A stretch of DNA of 64,000 nucleotides from a virus: IMG/VR virus record IMGVR_UViG_3300050119_000104, positions 53,460-117,459 of that record. One strand, 5' to 3'. The first letter of the stretch is position 1, and each line of letters starts with the position of its first letter. Below are positions 9,555-19,027 of the stretch, piece after piece. A program made the translations under genes and the position numbers. The notes beneath the pieces were generated by a model. That model saw only the letters and a program-made list of their open reading frames with translations, was not told the DNA's origin and ran no database searches.

Positions 9555-10127
9555 ATGGCTGGATTTCTCGATATTGAGGGCAGTTTAACCTCCCCCAACA
9601 TAGGCAATTATTACATCGGCCGTGGCGTGGTCTCAATCAAAGTTCTCGGTGAGGAAGTATTCACTGATTGCGGCAACTGCCCGACGTTCGAATTCTTGGC
9701 GAAGGTAACGCAACTCGATCACTATTCGAGTCGTTCCGGTGTCCGCGTCAAGGATTTCGTCGCGACTACGCAAATCAGCGGCATGCTGACGATGGTCCTT
9801 GAGGAATTCACCGCGCGCAACATGGGTTTCGCTATGCTTGGGGTCACCCCGACCGTTGGCAGCGGTCCGTCGCCGTTGGAGGAAACCCTCGACATCTTCT
9901 CGACGCCCGTCCTGTACGCCGCCGTGCAATTCGTTGGCGACTCGCTCGTCGGCCCGGCATGGACGGTTGAATTCCCGCTCGTGCAACTGACCCCGAACAA
10001 GGCCATTTCGTTGATCGGCAATACCTGGGGCACGCTCGATCTACAGGGCGACGTTCTGTTCGACCAAGCCAGCGGCACTTTCGGCACTGCATTCGTCTCG
10101 CTGCCGAATAGCCCGGTCAAGGACTAA
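9555..10127 (+). CDS. Major tail (tube) protein
   Basis: NYYIGRG.V..K, GNCP.FE, HYSSR.G.R.KD motifs; GGAGG RBS. Confidence 0.75.
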   Translation: MAGFLDIEGSLTSPNIGNYYIGRGVVSIKVLGEEVFTDCGNCPTFEFLAKVTQLDHYSSRSGVRVKDFVATTQISGMLTMVLEEFTARNMGFAMLGVTPTVGSGPSPLEETLDIFSTPVLYAAVQFVGDSLVGPAWTVEFPLVQLTPNKAISLIGNTWGTLDLQGDVLFDQASGTFGTAFVSLPNSPVKD

Positions 10128-10229
10128 ATACGCAAGCGCGTATATTTTGACTTTAAGCGCACTCGCGTATAAAAAGGTCGGCACCTGCGTGTAGGGTGCC
10201 GACATCTGCACACCCCCCGGAGGCTCCCA

Positions 10230-10619
10230 ATGACAGATCAACCGCAACCGCGTCCCTTCCCCGTCAAAGACTCAGGCGTAAAGCCTTTCGATCCCGCTCG
10301 GGAACAAAATGTGGCTTTGGACGCCAGCGCAACAGGCGCCCCGTGGCCCTTCCCAGGAGCCCACACAGCCGATCCTGCGCCTGCCGCCCCACATACCCAG
10401 CCAACACCTGCGGCCGTCCCTGCGACGCCCGGTGCCCCGCCTGCGGTCAATTCCCCGGTGTCGGAGCCTGCGACTGCGCCGCTCCCGGCCGCCGTGCATG
10501 CCGCGCCCCCGAGCAAGACCTCGCAAGAGCGGCTACTCATCCAGCGGCAAACACAGAAACCCGCCGCGCTCGGGCCGAATTCGACAACGACCCCACCCTA
10601 CCCCGGCTACGGCCGATAA
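10230..10619 (+). CDS. Pro/Ala-rich hypothetical protein
   Basis: GGAGG RBS; low-complexity sequence. Confidence 0.5.
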   Translation: MTDQPQPRPFPVKDSGVKPFDPAREQNVALDASATGAPWPFPGAHTADPAPAAPHTQPTPAAVPATPGAPPAVNSPVSEPATAPLPAAVHAAPPSKTSQERLLIQRQTQKPAALGPNSTTTPPYPGYGR

Positions 10620-10642
10620 CAGAGGAAAAGGAAGTCCCCCAA

Positions 10643-11116
10643 ATGGCGAAAGAACAAGGTTTGAGTTTGATTGATATCGGCGGCGCTCAGGAACAGGTCC
10701 CGGTTAGGGGTATGAATCTGAATATAACAGGCGTATCGGCTCGGGGCGCTATCTCGCTTATCCAGCGCTTCCCCGACATGCAGAAGTGGTTTTCCGGTGG
10801 CGGCTTAACCGCCGCAGAAATGATTGTAGCTGGACCCGATGTCATTGCAGCTATCATCGCCGCCGGAACGGGGCACCTAAACGATGAGGCACATGAGAAA
10901 GTCGCGGACGAGCTTCCTGTTGAAGTGCAACTTGATATTTTAGAGGCTATAGGTCGCGTGACCTTTAAGAGTGGTTTCGGCCCTTTCGTGAAACGGATCG
11001 TCGCCCTGTCCAACGCAGTCGCATCCGTAAATTATGGAAAGGGACCGGATACGAACTTGCGGCCAGCGTCGAAGCCCTCATCGCCGGAGGCCATGGAGCC
11101 AGTGCCTGGGACTTAA
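10643..11116 (+). CDS. Tail assembly chaperone (gpG-like)
   Basis: Lies between tail tube and tape measure genes; start reassigned to MAKEQGLSL at 10643. Confidence 0.7.
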   Translation: MAKEQGLSLIDIGGAQEQVPVRGMNLNITGVSARGAISLIQRFPDMQKWFSGGGLTAAEMIVAGPDVIAAIIAAGTGHLNDEAHEKVADELPVEVQLDILEAIGRVTFKSGFGPFVKRIVALSNAVASVNYGKGPDTNLRPASKPSSPEAMEPVPGT

Positions 11117-11262
11117 CTCCCCGCCAAATCTCGGCCTACTCGTTCTTGGCCGCTCGACGACGCGAACGGGAGTTGTACGAACAACTCGCGCTGATCTCGC
11201 TTGGGAATAGCCAAGACGGTAAGGCGATCAAAGCGCAGTTGGGGGAGTGGGAGGATACTTAG
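11035..11262 (+). CDS. gpGT-like -1 frameshift extension of the tail chaperone
   Basis: The -1 frame is open from T-GGA-AAG-GG (11035) to TAG at 11262 and reads GTGYELAASVEALIAGGHGASAWDLTPRQI... Confidence 0.65.
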   Translation, partial: WKGTGYELAASVEALIAGGHGASAWDLTPRQISAYSFLAARRRERELYEQLALISLGNSQDGKAIKAQLGEWEDT

Positions 11263-11805
11263 GTGGCGAATATCCGTATCATCGTCAGTAACCCGGGCCC
11301 TGAATTCGTCAAGAACATGGCCGGACTTGGCGACCGCATGGATGCGGCAATTAATACCGCTTCCAACATGGCCGCATCGATGATCCAGGACTCGTGTCGA
11401 GCCGATATTAAATCAGCCGGGGGGTTTGGTTCACGATGGACTGATGGCTTGAATGTTAAGGTCGATCCTTACGGCGCGAGTGGGCGGCAACTGACAATCA
11501 CGCACGATATCCCCTACGCCGATATTTTTGAGACCGGCGGAACGATCACGGGTCGGCCACTATTATGGATTGGCTTAAGCGGTACCGACGCGGAGGGTGT
11601 CCCTCCTAGTGAGTACAGCGGGGGCTTATTTTCGATCCGTCGTCCCAGCGGTGATCCTTTATTGTTCTCGATCAGCGACAAACTACCAAAATACTTCGGA
11701 ATTTCGAGCGTGACTATTCCGCAGAAATTCCATTTCGCCGAAGATGTCGCGACAGTGATGGGTAACTTCCAATCGATCTTTGATATTGCATGGAAAGCCG
11801 CGTGA
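11263..11805 (+). CDS. Tail completion / HK97 gp10-like protein
   Basis: IFETGGTITGRPLLWI motif; GTG start directly after the preceding stop. Confidence 0.55.
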   Translation: MANIRIIVSNPGPEFVKNMAGLGDRMDAAINTASNMAASMIQDSCRADIKSAGGFGSRWTDGLNVKVDPYGASGRQLTITHDIPYADIFETGGTITGRPLLWIGLSGTDAEGVPPSEYSGGLFSIRRPSGDPLLFSISDKLPKYFGISSVTIPQKFHFAEDVATVMGNFQSIFDIAWKAA

Positions 11806-11806
11806 G

Positions 11807-14311
11807 ATGTCTGATATTATCCAAAGAATTTTAATTGAGGGCGGCGGTGAAGCAGGCGCGCAATTCGCTGAACTTGGCGAAACCGGCGTTGAGGCATTCC
11901 AAAAAATTGCGGAGGCGGCCGAAACTGCTGGTGCAGGTCTTACCATTTTCAGCGGCGGCACACTCGCGATCATTGCCGCGATTGCAGCCGTGGTGATCGC
12001 CATCGCTGAATTTGAAAAAGTGCAAGCGGAGGCCGTCGTGTCAACGGCTGCGCTCGGTGAAGCTTTTGGTACTACGGCCGCCGGGGTCCAAGGTTTGCGC
12101 GAAGCATTTGAGGAATTTGGGGTCACAGCCGAAGCCACAAGCCGTGCGATGGCACGCACTGTCCAGGAAATCGATCAAGCGTGGTCTGGTATCCAAGCAT
12201 CCATCCGTAACGCGGGCACCGCACATGAGGCAAGTGCCGAACGAATAGCAGCAGCAGATCAGCGCATTTCAAATGCGGCGAGTGAGTCGGCCGCGAAATC
12301 GGAGGATTGGGCACAGACTATGAAGAAAGACGCGCTCTCGGTCGCCGAGGCGTGGGAAAATCTGAAAAACTCCGCTAGTGATATGGCATCATCGGCGACG
12401 CACGATCTGCAATCGATAGCTGGTGCGTCACTTAGCGTTGAAGAAGCTGAGTTGAAGCTCAAAGAATTCCAAACCGGCCACAAGGATCAAGCGGCCGAGC
12501 ATGCTCTGCAAGGCAGGCGTCTTGAGCAAGGCGTGAAAGACGCGCGACAACATCAGTCGGATGCGAGCGACGCTGCGCTGAAACACATGGAAGATGACCC
12601 GCTGAAACAGGCGAAGGCAAGGCAGGCTTACGACGATGCGCAGAAAAAAATCAGCGACGATAATCGGAAGCAGGCGCAGGAGCAGGCCGATCAATCCCTT
12701 AAAGATAGAGAGCAAGCAACTTCGGCGAAGAAAGCACGCGAGGCTGACTATAATGCCTCCTTAAAAGATTTGGATAACATTCGCGCGGCAATCGAGGGCG
12801 GCGGCGTCGGTGGCGGAATTAATCTCAAGGACGTGAGTCTAGGCGATCTAAAACGCGCGACCATTTATGGCGCGGGAAAAGATCAGGCAGGTGGCGAGAA
12901 ACCTACTGGCGCAGATGTATGGAAAGAGGCTACCGAGAACGTTCGCAAATTCGGCATGAGCGCCAACGAAGCGGCAAAAATCATGGGTTTCGGCGGCCGC
13001 GCTGGAACCATGGATGCTGCTGGGGCAGCGAAAGCACTCAAACAAACAGATATCGGTGGCACGATAGCGGACGCGGATAAGGACAGTTCGAAACTTCAAC
13101 CTTCTAATGTTGCGAACGCGGAAAATATAGTTGGTGCGAGTGCACGAGTTAGCGGTAAATTCAGTGAGATTGCGGCAAAGGTTGCTACCGCCAATACCGG
13201 CCTCGGAGGTTTTACTCAGGCGCTCACCTCCGCAACAACCGCTCTTAAAAATAGCGGCGGTGGCAGCGGCGGTGATTTAACTGAGGCCCCCCTCGGTCAC
13301 GCTAAGGGCGGCATGATCAAGGCGCGCGTGTCCAATGGCGAATTCGTCATGGGGGCTGGAGCAGTAAAGCGTTTCGGTTCTGGTTTCATGCACGCCGTGA
13401 ACGGTGGGCTCGTTCCTCACTTCGCCGAAGGTGGGGATGTAGGCGATGATGGGAACGATCCCGTTAAAGAAGCTCAGAAGGCATCAGATGATCATTACGC
13501 GTCGATGCCACGTGGTTTGCATGGTGCGGCAGCGGAAAAATTTGATCAAGAACAACGGGTGCTCATAGCCAAAGTAAATAGCGCGAGGAAGAAAGCTGCC
13601 CAGGCAGAGATGAAGGCCGATATTCAGCGTGCTGAGGTATGGAACAACAACATGGGCCATCCCTCAATGAGTATCAATGATCCCACGCGGGACATGAACG
13701 ACCCTACTCGGATGGTTCCTTCAAATTATCAGGGTCCTGCTCCTGGTCCAGGCCCTTATTCCTCACCCTACAAAACGTCCGACGCCTCATCGGATACCAG
13801 CACCGCGCCTCAGCAAGTTGCGGACAGCGGTAGATTTGATGTAGCAGAAATGCCCATAATGGGTGTAAAAGGTGCGGACGATGCACGGATGAGTAGTGGA
13901 CCGGAGGGTCAGCCCCCGCCATCACTGCCGTGGGCGGAGTCGGCAGAAGGCGGTGAAATTCACGGCGCGGGCACTGGCACAAGCGATAGTATTCATGCGA
14001 TGCTATCACACGGCGAATTTGTCATGAAAGCGGCGTCGGTGCAAAACTACGGCACTGACTTCATGCACGCAATCAACAATATGGGCTATGCAATGGGCGG
14101 CCCCGTCGTGTCGCCAATTCACATGGCGGCCGGGGGCTCGGCAGGCGGCGGGGGCAGTGGCGGCAGAGGCGGCGGGACACCAATCCATTTGCATCTTGAC
14201 GGCCAGGAATTTGTGACGCACGCGGCGGATCACGTCGCGGCGAGCCTCAAGACACACGCGATCAGTCAACAGACAACTTCAACTGGACGCAAACCAAGCT
14301 GGATGCGCTAA
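11807..14311 (+). CDS. Tape measure protein
   Basis: Long Ala-rich helical protein; duplicated C-terminal GG.I.G.GT.TSDSI.AMLS.GEFVM motif. Confidence 0.85.
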   Translation: MSDIIQRILIEGGGEAGAQFAELGETGVEAFQKIAEAAETAGAGLTIFSGGTLAIIAAIAAVVIAIAEFEKVQAEAVVSTAALGEAFGTTAAGVQGLREAFEEFGVTAEATSRAMARTVQEIDQAWSGIQASIRNAGTAHEASAERIAAADQRISNAASESAAKSEDWAQTMKKDALSVAEAWENLKNSASDMASSATHDLQSIAGASLSVEEAELKLKEFQTGHKDQAAEHALQGRRLEQGVKDARQHQSDASDAALKHMEDDPLKQAKARQAYDDAQKKISDDNRKQAQEQADQSLKDREQATSAKKAREADYNASLKDLDNIRAAIEGGGVGGGINLKDVSLGDLKRATIYGAGKDQAGGEKPTGADVWKEATENVRKFGMSANEAAKIMGFGGRAGTMDAAGAAKALKQTDIGGTIADADKDSSKLQPSNVANAENIVGASARVSGKFSEIAAKVATANTGLGGFTQALTSATTALKNSGGGSGGDLTEAPLGHAKGGMIKARVSNGEFVMGAGAVKRFGSGFMHAVNGGLVPHFAEGGDVGDDGNDPVKEAQKASDDHYASMPRGLHGAAAEKFDQEQRVLIAKVNSARKKAAQAEMKADIQRAEVWNNNMGHPSMSINDPTRDMNDPTRMVPSNYQGPAPGPGPYSSPYKTSDASSDTSTAPQQVADSGRFDVAEMPIMGVKGADDARMSSGPEGQPPPSLPWAESAEGGEIHGAGTGTSDSIHAMLSHGEFVMKAASVQNYGTDFMHAINNMGYAMGGPVVSPIHMAAGGSAGGGGSGGRGGGTPIHLHLDGQEFVTHAADHVAASLKTHAISQQTTSTGRKPSWMR

Positions 14312-14312
14312 C

Positions 14313-14795
14313 ATGAGCATGACCTTGGAAAACGAACTGCCCTGGTCGCCGACATCATCGCCGCCGTCCGATACGCTACTGACAATCTCGGGCTTCGGTT
14401 CGATGCTTTATCAGGCACGCGGTCTGACGCAGACGCTAGAAGTTATCAAGCAGGCCAATCAACAAAATCGCACCATCAACGGCGTCCTCTTGGATATCTC
14501 CAATCCGATCTTTCGCAAGTATTCGAGCAAGATCACATGCACCGACATAGATGCGCCGCCGCTTGATAATATCTGGCCAGGGATGACCGTCACAGTTGAT
14601 TGCGCCGCGACGCTCTGCTATCCCACGGGGCGCTCGGGTTCGCCCGCGCGCACGGAGGTAAGCGGATCGAGTTGGACTCAGGGGGCTTTCACATTCTACC
14701 GGCCGGTGCTGACAATGCTCGTCGGTAACCCAACCGAGCACTTTGAGGAGTGGAAATCCGATGTGGTATGGTCTTTGGATTTGGAGGAAGTATAA
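14313..14795 (+). CDS. Distal tail-type protein
   Basis: Directly follows the tape measure gene; YQARGLTQTLE and RTINGVLLDIS.P.FRKY motifs. Confidence 0.55.
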   Translation: MSMTLENELPWSPTSSPPSDTLLTISGFGSMLYQARGLTQTLEVIKQANQQNRTINGVLLDISNPIFRKYSSKITCTDIDAPPLDNIWPGMTVTVDCAATLCYPTGRSGSPARTEVSGSSWTQGAFTFYRPVLTMLVGNPTEHFEEWKSDVVWSLDLEEV

Positions 14796-14796
14796 A

Positions 14797-15024
14797 ATGC
14801 TCGCGCTTCTCATGGTGGCGTGGCACCTCGTCCTTTTCACCGGGATCGATGGCAATATAATTCCGCTCAATCCTATCGCGGTTATAGCAGTCCGAGTGTC
14901 TCCCCCAGGATATGCCAAGGGCACCATGATCGTAACCGGCGGCGGCAGTTTTATCGTCAAGGAGTCAGTCACGGACGTGGTGCGCAGTCTCGAATGCGAA
15001 TGTAACTTGAGGACACGGAAATGA
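14797..15024 (+). CDS. Small hypothetical protein
   Basis: GGAGG RBS; coupled to the neighbouring genes. Confidence 0.45.
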   Translation: MLALLMVAWHLVLFTGIDGNIIPLNPIAVIAVRVSPPGYAKGTMIVTGGGSFIVKESVTDVVRSLECECNLRTRK

Positions 15025-15236
15025 AAGATGCCAAGGGCCACGGTAGTGAAAAAACGGGAGCGAACGGTTCGATCCCGCCGAAGTTCATGCGCCCGCGCGC
15101 CACGCCCGCGCATCAACAAGATATAGTCAAGACGCTGCGCACGGCGGTGATGCCTGACCTGAGCCGCGTCACGCAGATGCCGAAATGGCTTGCGTATTTT
15201 GGTAAGGCGCAACGTCGCGCTCGGAGACAATCATGA
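15021..15236 (+). CDS. Small protein with N-terminal MKDAKGHGSE motif (copy 1)
   Basis: GAGG RBS; ATGA overlap with neighbours. Confidence 0.6.
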   Translation: MKDAKGHGSEKTGANGSIPPKFMRPRATPAHQQDIVKTLRTAVMPDLSRVTQMPKWLAYFGKAQRRARRQS

Positions 15237-15541
15237 AAGACGCGAAGGGCCACGGCTCCGAAGCACACGGCGCACATAGCGCAGGCGTCGATCAAGTCGG
15301 CCACCCGCCGTCGCCGCCGCAGTTCGGCAAAAGTCCGATAGCAAACGCACGCGAGGCCGCACGTTACATCAATGAGTCAGGGCACCCGGCAGAGATTTAT
15401 CGGAAAGCCAGGTCAACTGTAGCGGCGATCTATTCCAATACCGACAACAAAATCCATGTCAATGTTTCAAACTCGTTCTGGAAAGACCCGGTCGGCAGTA
15501 TGGTGAGGAACAACGCGAGCGGTCATCTTTCACGCGCGTGA
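15233..15541 (+). CDS. Small protein with N-terminal MKDAKGHGSE motif (copy 2)
   Basis: GGAG RBS; same first 10 aa as the upstream ORF. Confidence 0.6.
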   Translation: MKDAKGHGSEAHGAHSAGVDQVGHPPSPPQFGKSPIANAREAARYINESGHPAEIYRKARSTVAAIYSNTDNKIHVNVSNSFWKDPVGSMVRNNASGHLSRA

Positions 15542-15614
15542 TGTGGGGCGGCACAATTTATTGAGTCCCGATGCGACCAAAGAAGCGCTTCGGAAGTTCG
15601 CAGGAGTGTAGATC

Positions 15615-15896
15615 ATGGGAAAAGATGCTTTAGGACACGGTTCCGATCCACGCGGCGGCGCACGTAGCGACGCCATCTCGCGCGGACTCAAGATTGATTT
15701 CCGGCGCTACCCGGGCGGCGGCGCGCAGGATCGCGCGACGACTGTAGCCAAGGGCTATCGCCCGGGACCAGGAGGGCGTCGAGACATGCCGGGCGCCCTA
15801 GGCGGCGCGCCGTCCGATCTATGGCGATCAAAACGATTTGCGACTCCGGCGGCGCATCAAGAGGGCGTTACCGCGCTTAAGGGAAAGAAGTTGTGA
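15615..15896 (+). CDS. Small protein with N-terminal MGKDALGHGS motif (copy 3)
   Basis: AGGAG RBS; motif variant. Confidence 0.6.
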   Translation: MGKDALGHGSDPRGGARSDAISRGLKIDFRRYPGGGAQDRATTVAKGYRPGPGGRRDMPGALGGAPSDLWRSKRFATPAAHQEGVTALKGKKL

Positions 15897-16084
15897 TGTA
15901 CAACGCGCCCGACAATTTCATGGGCGGCCCGGACCAAGCTACAGCACGTAGTCAGGTCTCTAAATACGCTGCGATGAACCCAAAAGAGTTTGTGAGCGAG
16001 GTTCACGCCGGGATGAAGGCTGGAAAGTCGTACTCACACGACGTGATGAGAATGTTCTCGCAATACGCACGAGTAAGAAAATGA
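15893..16084 (+). CDS. Small ORF resembling a C-terminal fragment of a zincin-like domain
   Basis: VSKYAAMNPKEFVSEVHAG motif. Confidence 0.4.
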   Translation: MMYNAPDNFMGGPDQATARSQVSKYAAMNPKEFVSEVHAGMKAGKSYSHDVMRMFSQYARVRK

Positions 16085-18771
16085 CCGCGCTATTACCCTT
16101 CTTTTTTGCGTGGGTTGACTCGGATCAAAAGACGTTTGATCCGACCACGATGAACGTTATGGATGAGGCCATTTTCTCGATCAACCTCAAGCACGAGGAA
16201 GGTCAGGTCCCCGATCTTGAAATCGTAATCTTCAACCCGCGCGTCGGGCTACTCGCTCCCGGCCGCAAGCAATGGGCATGGCTGTCCTACCAGCCACCGG
16301 ATGCCGCGACAGTAACCGCGATCAATGCGAAGTTTGGTACAAGCTACACGTATCCGTGCATCCTTCCGATATTTTTTGGTGAGCTAGTTGGCATCCCCTC
16401 CGATCTATTTGCCGAGAAGATCACACTGAAACTCATCTCACGGTCGCGGAATTTTATCGAGGACAAGCAAGCCGTCGCCGAGACACTCAAAGTCGCTCCG
16501 AACTACGATCCGATTTTCCTGGATGAGACGCACCGGGACGAGCCTGATGCGATCCTCGAAGGCTGGTCATCGCTTTATCATACCGACCGCACAACACTCG
16601 CGACTTCCGCGTCCGATATCTTGACCGGAGAAGATGGCACGATTGTTTTCGAACAGGGAGATGCGTTCTATGACTCGGTTAAGATGACCGTCGGCGAGTC
16701 ACCTCTCACCAATATCCGAATAGAAGCCAGCGTAAATTGGACCCAGCGTAGCAGCGGCTACGTCGATGGCCCGAATGTGAATATCATAAGCTATACCGGC
16801 GACTCTTTCATGGGTGATTGGCCAAAGCCGGGCGCAGGTGTCGGCGGCGGGTGGCATGTTGAAACCAGTTTCGTGAATGACGTTTACAAAATTACGCAAA
16901 CTCCAACAGTGAATATCAGCGCGTCGTGGACTACTACTTCGACGCAGATGGAAGATTGCAGTGTCAATTCCACGCACAATTCGGCGTCGTTTCCGGCGCT
17001 CTTATCGCCGTCCCCGCTCTCTACCACTTTAACTTGGCATGAAGTTGTTGGCGATTGTAATCCTTTCAGTACGCCCCCCGTTAACAGGGGCGCGAGTATG
17101 GAGCTTACCGGCCTTACGGTTCCCTTATGGGCGCTGAACTGTACATGGACCTTGCGCTACGATGCGAAGCGCAGCTATTCGGAAATGTTGGTGATGGATG
17201 TCGCCGCCAACACCCAAGCCATTCTTACGTCACCCACCGTCGAACAGAATACCGAACTTATGAAAGTCAGCGGTACCGATGTGGGCCAGCCCCTCATCAT
17301 TTACGATGCATGGTCAGATTTCGCGAGTGCTCCCGTCGGGGTGACACAGCTAATCTTCCCGAACGATGCTACAACCCCCGGCGGTTTGTCATATCAGATT
17401 TGCGTGCAAGCAGGCACTGCGGGCGCGACTGAACCAGTTTTCAGCGACATTCCTGGCACGATCACCGATGACGGCACGGTGCAATGGGCGAGCTTAGGTG
17501 AGTCACCATTGAACGCTATCCAACAAATGACGTTCGCGACGCATTACGCGTCGGGCACTATTTTGCTCTATCAGGAGCAAATTTTCGATCCAAATACCGG
17601 CGGCCTTATCGATGTGCCCGGCGCTACCTCCTACTGGCTTTGCGTTGGAGCATGCTCGACGACCGATCAGTACACTGAGATGACCTACATTCCGCCGGTC
17701 ACCACTAGCGACGAGCCCACGCCCGCGCCGGTCACCGTTTATTTAGAGTGGTTCTCGCCCAGCGGTGCTAATATGGGCGGCAGCAGTTTGATCGGCGGAG
17801 GCATTGGCGGCGGTCAATTCTCTTCCGGCGGAGCCGGTGTTGCAGCCCTCGGTGGCTTCACTGACCTTGGGATTGCTCCGTCATTTCTCGGTATTCCCAT
17901 CGGCGGCACGGCGGATAACGTGACCGCCAACAACTTCTTTCCGAGTGATCGAGGACAACAGAGTATCCAATATCTTATTTGTAAAGCCCGTGCGCGGCTG
18001 CGGCTACGTTCTCGCGCTGTCAAAGTCATGTGGGATTGCCCATTCTATGCCGTGGCGGGCATGTCCTGCCGCATGAATGCGACACTGTTTGACCCACGCC
18101 TGCCCGGCGGCACAGCAACTGGTAAAATCACTTCCTACACGATGAGTGCAAGTGAAGGTAAAATGATTGGGCATATTGAAGCAGGATGCGCAGTTGGCTA
18201 CGGCGGCGTCGTCGAAGCAATCGTGGGGACGCCGGAATATGTAGCAGACAACACTTACGTTGGCACCGGAGTCTACCAAGTCTACGATGGTGCAACGACG
18301 GCAGTATTCCCCACAGATAGCAACGATATCAGCTACACTCCGCCGGGCTATGTACCCTATGACGATGGCTTGAGTTTCCCGCTCAGTTATTTGCCAGCGA
18401 ACGTTTCCATAAGTGGTTCAGCGAGTGCGCAAGCGACAGCTATCAAGGCCGCGTTCCCACTCGCGGCGCAGTTAGCACAGACTTCGGTGATCCTGAACCA
18501 GACCTACACTTCGACGGAGACCGGCATGGACGGGTCCACTACGACAACTACAAACAGCGGCGGTACCGCATCGGCAGATTGGTGGCTCGAACAATTGGAA
18601 TTCTATGACACCGCCCACTCGATCCCGTATATTATGGAGTCCAATCCGGTCTCAGCCGAGATTTTGATCCAGCCGGTGACCAATGGTCCATTCAACGCCG
18701 CGTACACCGTCACTGTCAGTCCACTCGAAATTCCTCTCGGAATTGATCTTGAAGCCCCCTCTAGTCCATAA
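16081..18771 (+). CDS. Tail tip / hub (central tail) protein
   Basis: 896 aa; position after the distal tail gene; internal CBM-like segment. Confidence 0.65.
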   Translation: MTALLPFFFAWVDSDQKTFDPTTMNVMDEAIFSINLKHEEGQVPDLEIVIFNPRVGLLAPGRKQWAWLSYQPPDAATVTAINAKFGTSYTYPCILPIFFGELVGIPSDLFAEKITLKLISRSRNFIEDKQAVAETLKVAPNYDPIFLDETHRDEPDAILEGWSSLYHTDRTTLATSASDILTGEDGTIVFEQGDAFYDSVKMTVGESPLTNIRIEASVNWTQRSSGYVDGPNVNIISYTGDSFMGDWPKPGAGVGGGWHVETSFVNDVYKITQTPTVNISASWTTTSTQMEDCSVNSTHNSASFPALLSPSPLSTTLTWHEVVGDCNPFSTPPVNRGASMELTGLTVPLWALNCTWTLRYDAKRSYSEMLVMDVAANTQAILTSPTVEQNTELMKVSGTDVGQPLIIYDAWSDFASAPVGVTQLIFPNDATTPGGLSYQICVQAGTAGATEPVFSDIPGTITDDGTVQWASLGESPLNAIQQMTFATHYASGTILLYQEQIFDPNTGGLIDVPGATSYWLCVGACSTTDQYTEMTYIPPVTTSDEPTPAPVTVYLEWFSPSGANMGGSSLIGGGIGGGQFSSGGAGVAALGGFTDLGIAPSFLGIPIGGTADNVTANNFFPSDRGQQSIQYLICKARARLRLRSRAVKVMWDCPFYAVAGMSCRMNATLFDPRLPGGTATGKITSYTMSASEGKMIGHIEAGCAVGYGGVVEAIVGTPEYVADNTYVGTGVYQVYDGATTAVFPTDSNDISYTPPGYVPYDDGLSFPLSYLPANVSISGSASAQATAIKAAFPLAAQLAQTSVILNQTYTSTETGMDGSTTTTTNSGGTASADWWLEQLEFYDTAHSIPYIMESNPVSAEILIQPVTNGPFNAAYTVTVSPLEIPLGIDLEAPSSP

Positions 18772-18784
18772 GTAGAGTAGTCAG

Positions 18785-19021
18785 ATGAGCAGCAATCTTG
18801 AAACAATCGTGCGGCCCTTCGCCGATGTGGACGTGACACCGCAAGCGTTTATCCCTCCGGGCACGGTCGGCGTGCCGCCGGTTAAAGTCAGCGTTGGCCT
18901 CAAAGGCGGCACCAAAACTTTCTCCACCAACGCCAGTTCAGGCTTTTCTACCTACATGGGGTCCACACACACTGAGTCGTCACCAAATAGCCCCGCGCTG
19001 CAACAGGCGCTTGCGGGGTAA
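18785..19021 (+). CDS. Small tail-tip associated protein
   Basis: LETIVRPF motif; synteny. Confidence 0.5.
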   Translation: MSSNLETIVRPFADVDVTPQAFIPPGTVGVPPVKVSVGLKGGTKTFSTNASSGFSTYMGSTHTESSPNSPALQQALAG

Positions 19022-19027
19022 CGTCAA

